Shown here piece after piece: positions 41,339 through 54,345 of a stretch of DNA of 64,000 bases. The first letter of the stretch is position 1. Every line of letters begins with the position of its first letter. The notes beneath the pieces are model-generated. The model was not told the origin of the DNA. It worked only from the letters and a program-made list of their open reading frames with translations, and did not search any database. The DNA comes from Geosiphon pyriformis uo1 (lineage: Eukaryota > Fungi > Glomeromycota). The stretch is from the NCBI GenBank assembly GCA_016748015.1, contig JAAOMT010000512.1, forward strand, positions 62,001 to 126,000, in the 5' to 3' direction. The translations under genes and the position numbers were made by a program.

Positions 41339-41362
41339 TTGACCAAAAGAGTATATAAAAAT

Positions 41363-42034
41363 ATGATATACATGACAAAAAAACCAAAAAAAATGGAAAT
41401 ACCAGACCATATCTATATCTTACCCCAACAATTATTTCAGACTGTAAACTAATAACAATTGGACATGAAAATTGTTGTCAACCACCAAAAAATCTGCTAT
41501 TAAAACACCAAACAGAAAAAAAAAACAAAGAATATACTATATCAATAACCACAAGACCAAACAAAAAACTGGTCAGATAAAATAGTAGAAAAAGTAAAAA
41601 GCACTTTTGGGAAAATACTCATTATGGTTTTAACTGAAGAACTTACAAAAAAAAATTGGAATCAGTAGATGAAACAACTTCCAATACTATACTGCTATTA
41701 TCAATTAAGACAAAAGTTGGATATTTAAAAGTTATATCTTGATAAAACCAAGAAAATATTCAATTAAGAAATAATATAGAATATTGAAGACATTATTGGA
41801 AAGAAAACAAATTTGACACTACACATTAGAACAATCTATTGACTACACACAATCTTTCAAAATTATGCAAAAATATTGCTACACTCCAATATGGAGACAA
41901 TAACCATCAACCAATAGGAAAGAATGAACAACTCGCAAATCAAAAATATAAGAAACAGAGTTGAACAAACAATACTAAAAAGAAAAATTATAAAACTAAT
42001 TCAAAATGAAGATTTCAACAGAGCTTAATATTAA
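41363..42034 (+). pseudogene. A1 accessory ORF3
   Basis: Diverged homolog of A2/A3 ORF3 (KMEIPDHIYILPQQLFQ, EELTKKNWN.., YYCYYQL); ends just before the PPT. Confidence 0.72.
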
Positions 42035-42047
42035 AAGGAAGAGATAA

Positions 42048-42943
42048 TATTACTTATAAAAAAAGCATACAAAAAAATATTAGGAAAAACAAATAGACCA
42101 ATAGGAGAATAAGTAGCTAACATGTGAACATATTGCTTAGCAATATGGAGCATTGTTAGAAATTATGACATATTGCTCAACAATGTGAAACAATTTCAGA
42201 AAATTATAACACATTGCTCAGCAATATAAGCATTGCTTAAGAAATTATAGCACATCACTTGAGAATGTAAACAATTTTATAGAACCCAAATTATATATAT
42301 ATAATAAGAGCATTAGAAACAGAAAAAACAAAATCAATACCAAGATCTAACAGAATAAAATCAGCAATATCAATAAAATAACTATTTATTATCAAAATTA
42401 CTCTCTCCACTATTAACATTGTATGTTGATAGTATTTAATGCTTTATTATACTGAAATAATAGCTCTTGATTATGGCTATTAACAGAATACTAACTTTTT
42501 ATTATCTTGGCTTATTTTTTTATTTTTTTATTTCTTTTATTTTCTTTATTTTACTTTCTTTTGTTGTGTTACTAACTGATTAAAAGGATTAAGCACTAAA
42601 TTATTGATGTCAAAAATAGCCTAGTAAAAGACCCATGAAACAAGGGTAGAGAATTTGGAAATTAAGGATAGCTTACCAGAAGAGCACAACTGCCAAAATA
42701 ACTTAATAATCATGTTGAAAAAAAAAATTTAATGGAATTGCAATTCCAAGAGATTACTAAAACAACTATTAAATTTCTGTCTATTATACAAAGAACACAA
42801 CCAAAATCTTTAGAAACCAAAACCTTTAGATACCAAAACCTACAGATATTAAAACTTTCAGATATCACCAACTGTATCAGTTATTGAACACCAAGTTACA
42901 GATTTGTTATTTGATTCAAGACCCCAAATAATCACCTGTAACA
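42048..42943 (+). repeat. A1 3' LTR (896 bp)
   Basis: PPT AAAAGGAAGAGA upstream; ends TGTAACA; more U3 tandem units than the 5' LTR. Confidence 0.93.
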
Positions 42944-42947
42944 ATGC

Positions 42948-45698
42948 CCTATTAATTTTGAAAAAAGTCAGAAAAGAAACACCCTTTGATGCAGCCTACA
43001 ATAGTGCTCTCAACAAACTCTATTACTACCCTCATAATGTTAAAATAATCTTTGATTTAATAATAGCTTTAATTAATGGAGCCACACAAAAAAATGTCCA
43101 CCAAATAAAAGAAGCTAAGTATATTAAATACACAATAGAATTAGCTGAATTTGACTATGAAGATGAAGTAAAAACATATCACCAAATTGCAAGCCACATT
43201 TATTCAACCCAAGAAGCTTAAATTCAATAATTAAAGCAAATAAACATTCAATTATGTGAAGAATGCATTATGCTTTATGATGATAAATGGTGTTCAAAAT
43301 GCTATGTCCTTAGCATCTTCTTATCCAGCAAAAATAATCAAAAAAAAATTGAGTTTGGAGAATTTGAGCCAAAAGAAAAAATAGCAACAACTTTAATCTA
43401 TCTTACTGAAAATCAACCAGCTCTACAAATTAAATACTCCAACAACAATGGTCAAGGAATCAAGCCAGAAAAAGCTCATAATATAGATACTAAATATGAT
43501 CTACAATACTCAGGAAAAAATATTTTGGTCTTTTAACCAAAATCTTTAACAAAAATTAATTTTAGAATTGCTCTTAAAATTCTACCTGAAGCAATAATTC
43601 AAATTGCTTTCAGATCATTATTGGCAAGCAAAAAAATCAATGTTAGAGGAGGAGTTATAGATGCAGAATACATTGAAAACATCACTATTATGTTACAAAA
43701 TGAAACTAAAAAACCATTTAGAATAGAACATGCTGAAAAAATTATTCAAGCAATATACCTACTTTTAATTAACATTTTAGAGTTATAATTAGTTAGTAAC
43801 AGAGAACAATTAGGCAAAAGTGAAAGAAAAATACAAGGTTTTGATTCAACTGGATGATTCACAGTTTTAGTAAATATAGCTCTCAATACACAGAATAAAT
43901 CTTATCAGATTCTTTAACTTTCTTAACCCATTACTATTTCACCTTTTAGAAAATATCATAAAATTTACACTTGTTCAAAACCCACTACTACCCAACAAAT
44001 TTTTAAATCTAATGAACAAATCTGTTTAAAACATAAAATTTCAATCCCAAATGTTTATATTCCCAAAAAAATGAAAAAATTTTGAGTTATATTCTATAAT
44101 CTTAACAATTACCTTATTGTTTTATTAAATAAATTAGAAATTGGAATTATACATAACAATATTTTCCAAAATAAAAACCCTCAAATTGTCTTTAATTTTA
44201 TTGAAATTATAAAACATACCTTATTTCCCAACTCAAACATTATTTCTACTACTGAAAACTACCACCTTTTGAAAGAAAAACTCTCTCAAATCAACATGGA
44301 TCTTTTAGAATCCCAACAACAAAGACAATTGAAACAGCTAATAACTGAATTTATTAATATATTTGCAAAAAACAACAATAATTTGGGAAAAACTGATATT
44401 GTTTAACATCAAATCCACACAGAAAATGCTCCACCAAAATAACAACAAACTTATTAAGTTCTATTTGTCAGTTACTAATTTATCAGAGAAAAAGTTCAAA
44501 GAATGTTTAATAATGGATTGATTCAACCATCAAAAAGTCCATGGACCTCAATAGTGATTTTTGTTAAAAAAAATGGAAAAATCAGATTTTGTGTTAATTA
44601 TTGACAATTAAATAGTGTTACAATTAGAGATGTCTACCCTTTTTTAAAAATTGATAACATACTAGATGCTTTGGAAAAAGCCAAGTTCTTCTTAACTTTA
44701 AACTTAGAAAATAGATACTGACAAGTCGAAATAGACCCAGAAAATCACTCCAAAACAGCATTTATTATTTAAGAAGGAAACTATGAATTCAATATTATGT
44801 TTTTTGAACTCTGCAATGCACCAACAACATTCCAGTAACTTATAGATATTGTTTATAAAAGACTCTTATGACAATTAATAATTGTTTATCTTGATAACAT
44901 TAATGTGTACTTATTAAGCTTTAAAGCTTATCTTATCTACTTGTGAAAAGTTTTTTAATAATTACGGAAAGCAGAATTGAAGTTGAACATTGAAAAATGT
45001 CACTTTGAAAAAACAAGTTTAATTTTTCTAAGACACATAGCTAGTAAAGATGGAGTTAAACCAAATCCAGAAACAATTAATGCTGTCAAAAACTTCAAAC
45101 TCCCAAAAATACCACAAAGCTACAAAGATTTGTGAGATTAGTCTTATACTATCAGAAATTCATAAAAAAATTCTCAAAAATTGCCAAACTACTTAATTAT
45201 CTTACCAACAAAAATGTGCCATATTAATGAACTAAAGAACAACAGAAAGTCTTTGAAACTCTCAAAACAAAATTGACAACAGCCCCAATTCTTGCTTACT
45301 CAAACTTCAACAAATAGTTTCAACTAGCCACTGATGCTTCACACATAGCATTTGGTGCCATCTTATCACAATTGGATAAAAATGACCAGAAACAAGTTAT
45401 TGTCTATATCAGTAGAACACTCAAATTAACAGAACTCAAATATGGCTCAATTGAATTAGAAGCTGCTGCAGTTATTTGAGTTCTTAAACATTTTCAACAA
45501 TACCTAAAAAATAGAAAAGAATTTGATATAATAACTGACAATATTGGCTTTAAATGGCTTAATAAAAAGAAATCTGAACAAAGTGCCAAACAATTTTAAT
45601 AGAATGACTTCTTAGCAGACTACAAATATATTGTATATTACAAACCAAGAAAACTACACACCAATATTGACAGTTTCTTAAGAATGAGACAAAAATAA
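42948..45698 (+). pseudogene. B1 rest of Cys-rich domain, dUTPase, RT and RNase H; heavily decayed
   Basis: ORFs 42904-43221 and 43270-43536; GGVIDAEY ~43650; RT region ~44430-45060; ends RMRQK-TAA. Confidence 0.9.
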
Positions 45699-45756
45699 CA
45701 CCAACTGCAATTCCACCACAACTTACTAACCTATCAACAAAAATAACCAAACAACA

Positions 45757-47142
45757 ATAGACTCCAGAAATTACAACAATATTAAAAACTATTTAAAAAT
45801 TCTTACTATGTCAGAAAATTGGTCTCCAAGTAAAAAACATTGATTACAATATTAATCAAAACAATATTTTATACATCATAACAAAATCTATTGTAAAAAT
45901 TACAAAAATTCAAACCAATCATTCAGATTAGTACAAAAAAATAAAAAAGAAACAATCCTATACAACATGCATACAGATCTTTCTTCAGCACATTTAGAAA
46001 GAGATAAAACAATCCAAAAAACTCTTGAACATTATTTTTGATCTTACATGCAAAAAGACATTTGACAATATATAAAATCTTGTGATAGTTGTTAAAAAAG
46101 AAGAAGAACTCACCCCATGGAATCTTTAAATCCAATCAAAGTTGGACAACCTTTTGACAGAGTTAGAATTGATTTAGTCAGACTATTATCTATCACAATC
46201 TAAGGAAATTGTTATATTGCAGTTGTAGTAAATTATTTTACCAAATGACTTGAAGCTAAAGCCATTCAAAGAACAGATGCAAAATTAGTAGCAAATTTCA
46301 TCTATGAAAACATTATTTGTAGACATAGATGCCCAATTAAACTTTTATCTGATCAAAGAACACATTTTGTGAACCACTTGATACAAAAAATTTGTGAATG
46401 ATTCAATGTCAAAAGATTTTTATTATTACCTTATCACTCTTAAACAAATGGACTTGTAGAATGTTTCAATAGAACATTGTGTAAATTCTTAGCCAAAATT
46501 TCAACTGATTTTGAGCAAGAATAAAATATCTTTATTTCATCAGTGTTATTAATATACAGAACACTAAAACAAGATACTATAAAACACACACTATTTGATC
46601 TTACTTATAGAAGAACAACAATATTACCAATTAATTTCACAGTAAAAACATATCTAATACAACCAATCAATAAAGAAAACTTTCAAGAAACACTTCAAAG
46701 AAAAGCCTACACTTTTTTTAGTACACTAGAAAAAAAAAAACAAATAGCAGCCACTTATATTGAATACCCTCAAGCTCAACAAAAAAAAAGGCATAACAAC
46801 AAATTACCACCAATTACCAATGAATTTAAAGTTGAAAATAAAGTTTTTTTATACAAAACTAAGGCTAAAAAACAATGGAATAGAAAATTTAAACATAAAT
46901 AGAATGGACTATTTTATATTTATGAAATTCTAGGCAATAGATTATATAAATTAAGGCTTGATAACAAAGTACTAGCAAAAGTTGTACACAGAGATTAATT
47001 GAAACACTATTATTTCAAAAACAATTCTGAATCATTAATTTTACAAATTAGTATACATTTTCTTTTAATTAATTCGGAAAATATTCCTTGAAATTTAAAA
47101 CCAATAGTTATAATAGAATAACAACCAAACTTGAATACTTAA
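45757..47142 (+). pseudogene. B1 integrase as a separate ORF
   Basis: Colinear with B2/B3 INT; ORF 46543-46902. Confidence 0.88.
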
Positions 47143-47306
47143 TTTAATATTTTTACAATAACCTCTTTAAAATACACAAAACATAAAACAAAAATAGTAA
47201 GTAATTACAAGAAAATCTCAAACCCAAAAACAAATAAAAACTTTATATCTAAAAATAATTTTCTTTATTTTTTTTCAAATTTTACTTATTAATTAGTTAT
47301 TTTATC

Positions 47307-48013
47307 ATAATTATTCCTCGAAATATTCAACAAATATCCCAAAAATTAATGTTAGCTTTAAAAACACTTTTTAACCTATTCATAACAATTAATAAAAGTC
47401 AAATTAATTACACTCAAAAAGAAACCACAACACCAGTAGTAAATAATTTTCAGAATTATTACTCTTATAGAAAAAAACAAAAGGTTACTTTGGAAATCAA
47501 TTACTTAAACTTTTAAAACAAGCCCTAAAAGAAAACATTTTATTTGCCCCTATTAATATTCTATCAAATACCACAATTTAATAAAAACTTCTACTATTTT
47601 TTAATGAACAAAACAATAAACATACTTTTATTTATAGATATTTTCATATTGAAAAAACACTATATGAACAAAAACTGGAGCTTAAAGCAACAAACATTAC
47701 TTCTGAAGCTATACAAAAACAAATTCACAATGAATTCAAGACAGCAGCTAAATCAACAAACATTTACCACAAATTTAGAGCAGCATTTAGACTCTATAAT
47801 TTATTCAACACTTGTAAAAATGTCTTACAAAATTCAATACTTTATTTAATGAAGATTCAATATATTGAAAAGCTTACAGAACTGAAATTTCAACAATTTT
47901 CAGACCAGATTACTTTAATTATTTTGGATCACTATCTTGATATCACAGATTGTGTTTGGACTTTGATAAAGCTTAGTCTTAAAAAAAAAATTATGTTATC
48001 AATAGAATTTTAG
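47307..48013 (+). pseudogene. B1 accessory ORF3
   Basis: Colinear with B2/B3 ORF3; start codon decayed to ATA. Confidence 0.75.
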
Positions 48014-48963
48014 CTATTAATTAACATGAAATTATTTTTATAATTCCTATTATTAATCAGCATATTATTATTGTTTCAATTATTACTTATTATTTAACCA
48101 AATTATCAAATATTATCATTCAATTAATAATTTAATTTGTACTATAGAAATTAAAATGATCAAATTACACAATATTCTGAACCATTTAATATAGTCAAAA
48201 TTTGCTGAAATTGATGAAAATTGGCCAAAATAATCAATAGTTTATAGAAATAACTTGTAGTTTGCCAAAATATATCTTTAGTTTGCTGAAATTAAAGTAA
48301 AAAGAAAAGTACAAGTTCAAGAACTAATACTACAACAAATTGTATAAAAAAAGAGCTTCTCTCTTTAAAAAAATGTATCTTCCCATAGTATCTTATCATA
48401 GTATCTTACTTTAGATATCTTAATTAGAACAAATTACTTTTTACACATTTTAAATAAAAATTAAATATTCAAAAACCAAATTCTTTAAATTATTACACTT
48501 AAAATTCTTTCAACACAACTAATATTTTGAAATTGATTAGCTACCAATTTCAATAATCTGTTAGTGACTTCTGACCTGAATAAAAAACGTTTTCCTTGAC
48601 ACAATTCTATTTTTTTATATTTTTTTTATTTTCTTTTACTTTTCTTATTATAATTATTAAAATAGTCTACAGATGATATTTCTGTAGAAGAATTGACTTT
48701 CACAGCAAAGTAACTACACATTTTAATGAACTTTCAGATGAGCAATTCCAGAGAAAAAGTTGACATTTACTACAATGTAACTACACAAAATAAACTGGCA
48801 CAAAATTGGCCATTTTACTTATAAGTCCAGCAATTCAAATTATAAGAGATAATTTGAAAATAAATTCAGTTATTGGAGATTTAACTACTTCCAGAAAATG
48901 TGAATTAGCAACAGATAAACATTAACAACATTCAAAAAAAGAGACCAAAAACCTTCAATAACA
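47994..48963 (+). repeat. B1 3' LTR (970 bp)
   Basis: TGTTATCAATAG...CAATAACA; homologous to B2 LTRs; PPT decayed to poly-A. Confidence 0.92.
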
Positions 48964-49110
48964 GTATATAGTGCTGTTTTAACTGGCTTGAGTGGCTGGT
49001 TATATATAAAAAAAGCATAAATAATACTTAATTTAGAGTCTTGTTTGAGTTTATGTACTTAAATAATAATTGGACTGCATTTATTAAACTTTTAATAATA
49101 AAAAATATAT
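48964..49110 (+). mobile_element. 3' UTR/tail of a LINE, host of B1
   Basis: Similar to the LINE 3' end at ~62470-62610 (TGAGTGGCTGGT...AAAAA.GCATAA...CATTTATTAAA..TTAATAATAAAAA). Confidence 0.65.
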
Positions 49111-51290
49111 AATTACAATATATTTAATATTAATAATATTAAAAAAAAATTAAAATTTTTGATAATATTTAATATTTTTTAACACAATAAAAAATTATAT
49201 AAAATAATAATTATTTTTATTACAATTTTTTTAAAAATTAATAAATTGTTTAACAAAAAAAATAAAATTATTAACTATAATATTTATTAAAATTATTTTT
49301 AAAAACTTAATTATAATATTATAAAATTATGTAAAAAAAATATTTAGTTAATTAGTTTTTGTTTAAATTAAAATTAAAACCAAAAAATAATAGTAACAAT
49401 AAAAAATAAAAAAATTTAACAATTTGTTTAAATAATACACAATATTTCAAAAATAATAATTAAATATTAAAGCAAAAAACTAGTAATAAATTATTATTTT
49501 TAATTATATTATTTCTAAAATTGCTTATTTAAACTTAAATATTTAATTTATTACTTGTTTGTTTTTAAAATTAGAAGGTTTTACATTATTAAAAAGTTTA
49601 ATTTTATAACAAAAATTAATTTACACTAATATTAACTTTAATTAATTATTAAAAAAAACCAAATTAATTATTTGAAAAACCAAAAAATACTAATATTAAT
49701 TTTTAAAAATGATTTAATAAAATTGTAAAAACAGTAATATTAATGAATAAAATAAGTTTAAATTTTAAAATTGTTTTTTTGTTTTTTTTAAACAAATAGT
49801 AAACTGTTTTTTTAAAAATTAAATAATATTTAAAAGTAATTTTTTAAAATATTTAATATAAATGTTCATAATTTTTTATTTTTTTTAAAAAATATTAAAA
49901 AAAAATATAAGCTCTTTATTAAAATGTTTTTTAAAAGTTTTTTTCTGTAATTAATTGAATTAAATAGGTTTTTACTAAGAAATTAATTAGTAATATTATT
50001 GTTTTTTCATATATTAGATTAAATAATATATGTTTTATTGTATTTTATATATTAAATAAAAACATTTTATTTTTGTTTAAAATCAATTAAAATTTTAACT
50101 AATAATTTACAAAGTATTTTGTTAAAATATTTTACAAATTTATTTGTTTATAAATAATAAAGTAAAGATAAAAGTTTTTTAATGTTAAATTATTTATAAA
50201 ATTTTTATATTAAGTTGTTTATAAAGTGTATTTTTTGATTAAATAAAAATTTAATTAGATATTTGTGTCTATAAATAATGTTTTTATAAATAAAATTATT
50301 ATTAATTTTGTATTTACTTTTTAAATGACTTTTATTTTAAATTATTATTATAAATAATTAATTAAATTGTTATTTTATAAGTTAATACTTTTAGTTTTAA
50401 TTATAATTTAAAGATTTTGATTTATTTAAAAGTATTTAATAATAAAGTTTTTTGTATAATAAACAAAAATTTAATAATAATAATAAATAATACTAAGTAT
50501 TTAACGTTTTTAATATAATAACTAATTTATTTTAGTATTTTTTATTTTTTGGTAAACAATCCTAATTTTTTAATTATGTTTTATGCTATTTTTTGTATTT
50601 TTTACCAATTAATTTGACATGATAATTTTAGTACTTTTTTTTTATCAATTAATAAATAAATATTAGTATTTTGTTAATAATAATAATTAAAAATTATTGT
50701 TTTAATATTGTTAATAATATTATATTAATGCTATCTGTATTAATTTAAGAAGTAATTAAATTTTAAAAAAATAAGTATAAATTAATAAAAGTTGAATATT
50801 AAATAATTTAAATAATAAATTTATTTTAAATAAATATTTTACTTAAAGTACTAAATTTTAATTGTTAATATTATTTAATAAAAAATAAATTGAACTTGTT
50901 TGTTTTTTTTTATAGCTATTACTATTTGTATTAAATTCAAGTAATTAATATTAACTATTATATTATTTTTCGAATTTTGAATTAATTTATTAAAAAATTA
51001 TACATTAATATTTTTTTAAAAATTTACTTATTATATTTAAACAATTTTTAAACAGCAATTATATTAGCCAAAAACTTTAATATATTATAATTAAAAGTAT
51101 AAAAATTATTAATTAAATTAAATAAAATTTTATAAAATCTAAAATTAATTATTATTATTAAAACCAATATGTTATAAAACTAAAAAAAGTATATAAATAC
51201 TATTAAAATATGACAAAATGATCACAAAATAAAAATTACAAATAAAATTTACTTAATTGCTTAATAATTATTTTAAATATTAAAAAATAA
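49110..51290. other. Extremely AT-rich eroded DNA, no ORFs
   Basis: Almost devoid of G/C; part of it is an inverted homolog of 63400-63930. Confidence 0.7.
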
Positions 51291-51393
51291 ATAGATGAAA
51301 CAACATGGTGTTGTAAATTTGATTAGGGACAAAAAACTTAATGTTTCTTGGTATAAAATTAAAAAACATTTGAATGTTTTGGGTAATAAGCAT

Positions 51394-52268
51394 TGTTACA
51401 GATGATTATTTTTGCTGTTGAATTAAATAACAAACCCATAACTTGGTGCTTAAAAGCTACTTCCGTTGATAATGTTCTATAAGTGTTGTATTTGAAGGTT
51501 TTGATGGAGTCTTTTGTATAACAAACAGAGATTCAATAGTGTTGATAGTAGATGTATCTTTCCAAGAGTTTTCTCAATTTTTTTCTCAGCGTGGTGGCTG
51601 GATTTAGTCTGGCAGTCGTGCCCTTTTGGTAAGCTATCTGATAATATATAAAATCCTACCCTTATTTCTGGGTTTTTTACCAGGCTATTCTTGATGTCAA
51701 TAATTCAGCACTTAATCTCTTAATCAATTAGTATATAACAACAAAATCAAAGAAAGAAAGAAAATAAAATAAAATAAAATAAAGAAAATAAAATAAGAAA
51801 ATAGAGAAAATAAGCCAAGGCAATTTGGTATGTTAATATCTCATCAATAGCCATAATCAAGAACTATTGTTCCAGCGTGGTTAAGTATCAATTACTATTA
51901 ACATGAAGTGTTGATAGTGAAGAGTGGTTTTGAGATATGAAACATTTATTTATTTGATGATTTGTGTTTCTGGGCTAAGGATTCTGTTGTATCAATTCTG
52001 TCTTTTCTGTTTCTAACACTACTGCTATATATACATAATTGAGATCCCTCAATTCCTTGATTTTTCACAACAGGAATCTTGGAATTCTTGGAATCCTGCG
52101 ATTCCTATGAGAGGAATTCTGGAATCCTGCAATTCTTCGTCAGAGAATTCTGAAATTCCTGAAATCCTGCAATTCCTGAGAGGAATCCTGGAATTCCACA
52201 TTTACTATATCTACTTCTGATTGGCTAATAATCATGCTAATATATTTCCTATATTTCTATGAGTAATA
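51394..52268 (-). repeat. A3 3' LTR (875 bp)
   Basis: Direct repeat of 60674-61551. Confidence 0.95.
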
Positions 52269-52281
52269 TTATTCCCTCCTT

Positions 52282-52940
52282 TTAATATTGAGCTCCATCA
52301 AAATTCAACTCATTTAATTCCCCCTCTTAAAGTATTTTCTGGATTTCGTTTTTGAGAATTACTTGTGTTATTTGGGTTTATAATTCTTTAAATTGAGCAT
52401 TGGTGATCTTTTCTAATTGATTACTGGTAACCATATCCATTGCTTTGCTACACAATATTTCTGGTCTATTCTGAAATGCTATGTGTATTTGGTATATGGC
52501 TCGGGCCTGTGTGGCTAAGTTGTTCTTTCTCACAAAATGTTCTAATTGTTTTAGTATTCTTTTGTTGAATAATTGCTTTGTTTTATTTGTATATAGATTC
52601 TGGATATTTATGTGTTGCTCTAAGTAAAAGTAACAATAATTTCTTGAAAATTGTTGTATCCACCAATTCCAAGTTTCTTTAGTCAACTCTTGATATAGTG
52701 CCTCTTTTGTTGACTCTTTTATTGCTAATTTTACTTTTACAATGATTTTGTTTACTGTATTTTCAGTTTTTTTTTTGTTCTGAGTTGTAATGTCTTTCTA
52801 GTATCTTGATATCGAATGGTTTGTTGATTGATTGTAATCTCCATTTCCTGGTGTTGGATTAATTGAAAGAGTTGTTGTGCTAGTGAGTGAATATTGTCTG
52901 TAATTTCCATTTTTCTGATATTTTCTATTGCGTCTATCAT
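52282..52940 (-). pseudogene. A3 accessory ORF3
   Basis: ORFs 52752-52940 and 52378-52686 separated by one frameshift. Confidence 0.82.
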
Positions 52941-52964
52941 GTTTTTATATATTCTTTTGCTAAA

Positions 52965-54345
52965 TCAATTTAACGTGTTGTTGCTGATAATAATGATTGG
53001 TTCCAGATCTCATGAAATCTCATCTGGCTGAACTAGTATTCTCTACTCCTAATTGGAGAATATTACTGGTAGATGGTAGTGTGATGTTGTGATATGGTTT
53101 CAGTTGATCTCCATGTGCTGCTTTGGTTAAAATTTTGTTATCCAATCTTAATTTGTAAGCTCCATTTCCTAGAATTTCTTCTATGTGAAATGGTCTGTCC
53201 CATTTGGGGTCAAATTTTCCACTCCATTGTTTTTCCACTTTGGTACAATGTAGTAATACTCTGTCTTCAATCTTGAATTCAACTGGTTTGTCTGGTAGTT
53301 GATTATCATGTCTTTCTTTCTGTTTTTCTTGTGACTTTTAAATATTATCAGCTGCTTTTCTTCATTTGTTTTCTAATGTTTCTATTAAGTCATATGTTCT
53401 TCTCAACAATGTTTCTTGAAAATTTTCTTCTGTTATTGGTTCAGCTGAATATGTATTAATTTCTCTTTCTACTGGTAATATTGCTGTTCTCTCATACACT
53501 AATTCAAATGATGTTGCTTGTGTAGTATCTTGTTTTATTGTTCGATAAGCAAATAGTACTGATGGTATGAACAAATCCCAATCATTCTGGTTTTCTTGGC
53601 TGAGCTTAGCTATTGCTTTACACAATGTTCTGTTGAATCTTTTTACTAATCTGTTGGTTTGTGGATGGTATAGTAATGATAATGGTCTCTTGATTCCGAA
53701 TCTTTGGCTCAATTCTGTTAATGTTCTGTTCACAAAATGAGTTCTTTGGTCTGATAATAGTTCTTTTGGACATCCATGTCGACAAATCAAATCCTGATGA
53801 ATGAATTCGGCAATGGATTTTGCATCCACTCTTTGAATTGCTTTCGCCTTTGGCTATTTAGTGAGATAGTCCATAGCTACTACTATGTATCTGTTTCTTC
53901 TGCTAGTGATTGTTAATGGTCTGACTAAATCAATTCCAATATGGTCAAATGGTTGTCCCACTTTGATTGGTCTTAATGGTTCACTGGGTTTCATACCTTT
54001 TTTTCACTGACAGGCATCACAATTTTAAACATATTGAATAATGTCTGGATACATTGATGGTCAATAGTATCTTTTTCTGGTTCTTTCCATGGTTGCTTCT
54101 TTATGAAAATGTCCTGCTGTTGGATTTGAGTACATGTTGAATAATATTGTCTCTTTTTCTGGCTCTGTAATTACTTTGGTTGGTTAATCTGAATCTTTTC
54201 TATTTTTCTGATAAAGTATATTTTGGTGAGTGATAAAATATTTTGATTGTTGTTTGATACTCTTTTGTTCCGTTTGAGATAAATTCTCCTTGAACTGTTG
54301 AGTGTTTATATAATATTGAAGTTGTTAATATTTTTGTATGTTCAT
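52965..54345 (-). pseudogene. A3 integrase as a separate ORF
   Basis: MNIQKY start; ORFs 53362-53829 (core) and 53020-53238 (KFDPKWDRPFHIEEILGNGAYKL). Confidence 0.92.

Larger units (their letters stand above)
2511..42943 (+). mobile_element. Ty3/Gypsy LTR retrotransposon A1, full length, interrupted by a solo LTR and by B2
   Basis: LTRs at 2511-3297 and 42048-42943. TSD ATGT (2507-2510) / ATGC (42944-42947). PBS after the 5' LTR and PPT before the 3' LTR. Confidence 0.93.
1..48963 (+). mobile_element. Ty3/Gypsy LTR retrotransposon B1, outermost layer; 5' LTR lies outside the window; interrupted by A1 at 2511-42943
   Basis: Gag/PR fragments at 1-2510 end at ...TGCCAATATGT and resume at 42944 with ATGCCCTATTAATTTTG, colinear with uninterrupted B2 (CQYALLILEK, ~23310-23345). 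dUTPase, RT, RH, INT and the 3' LTR follow to 48963. Confidence 0.93.
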
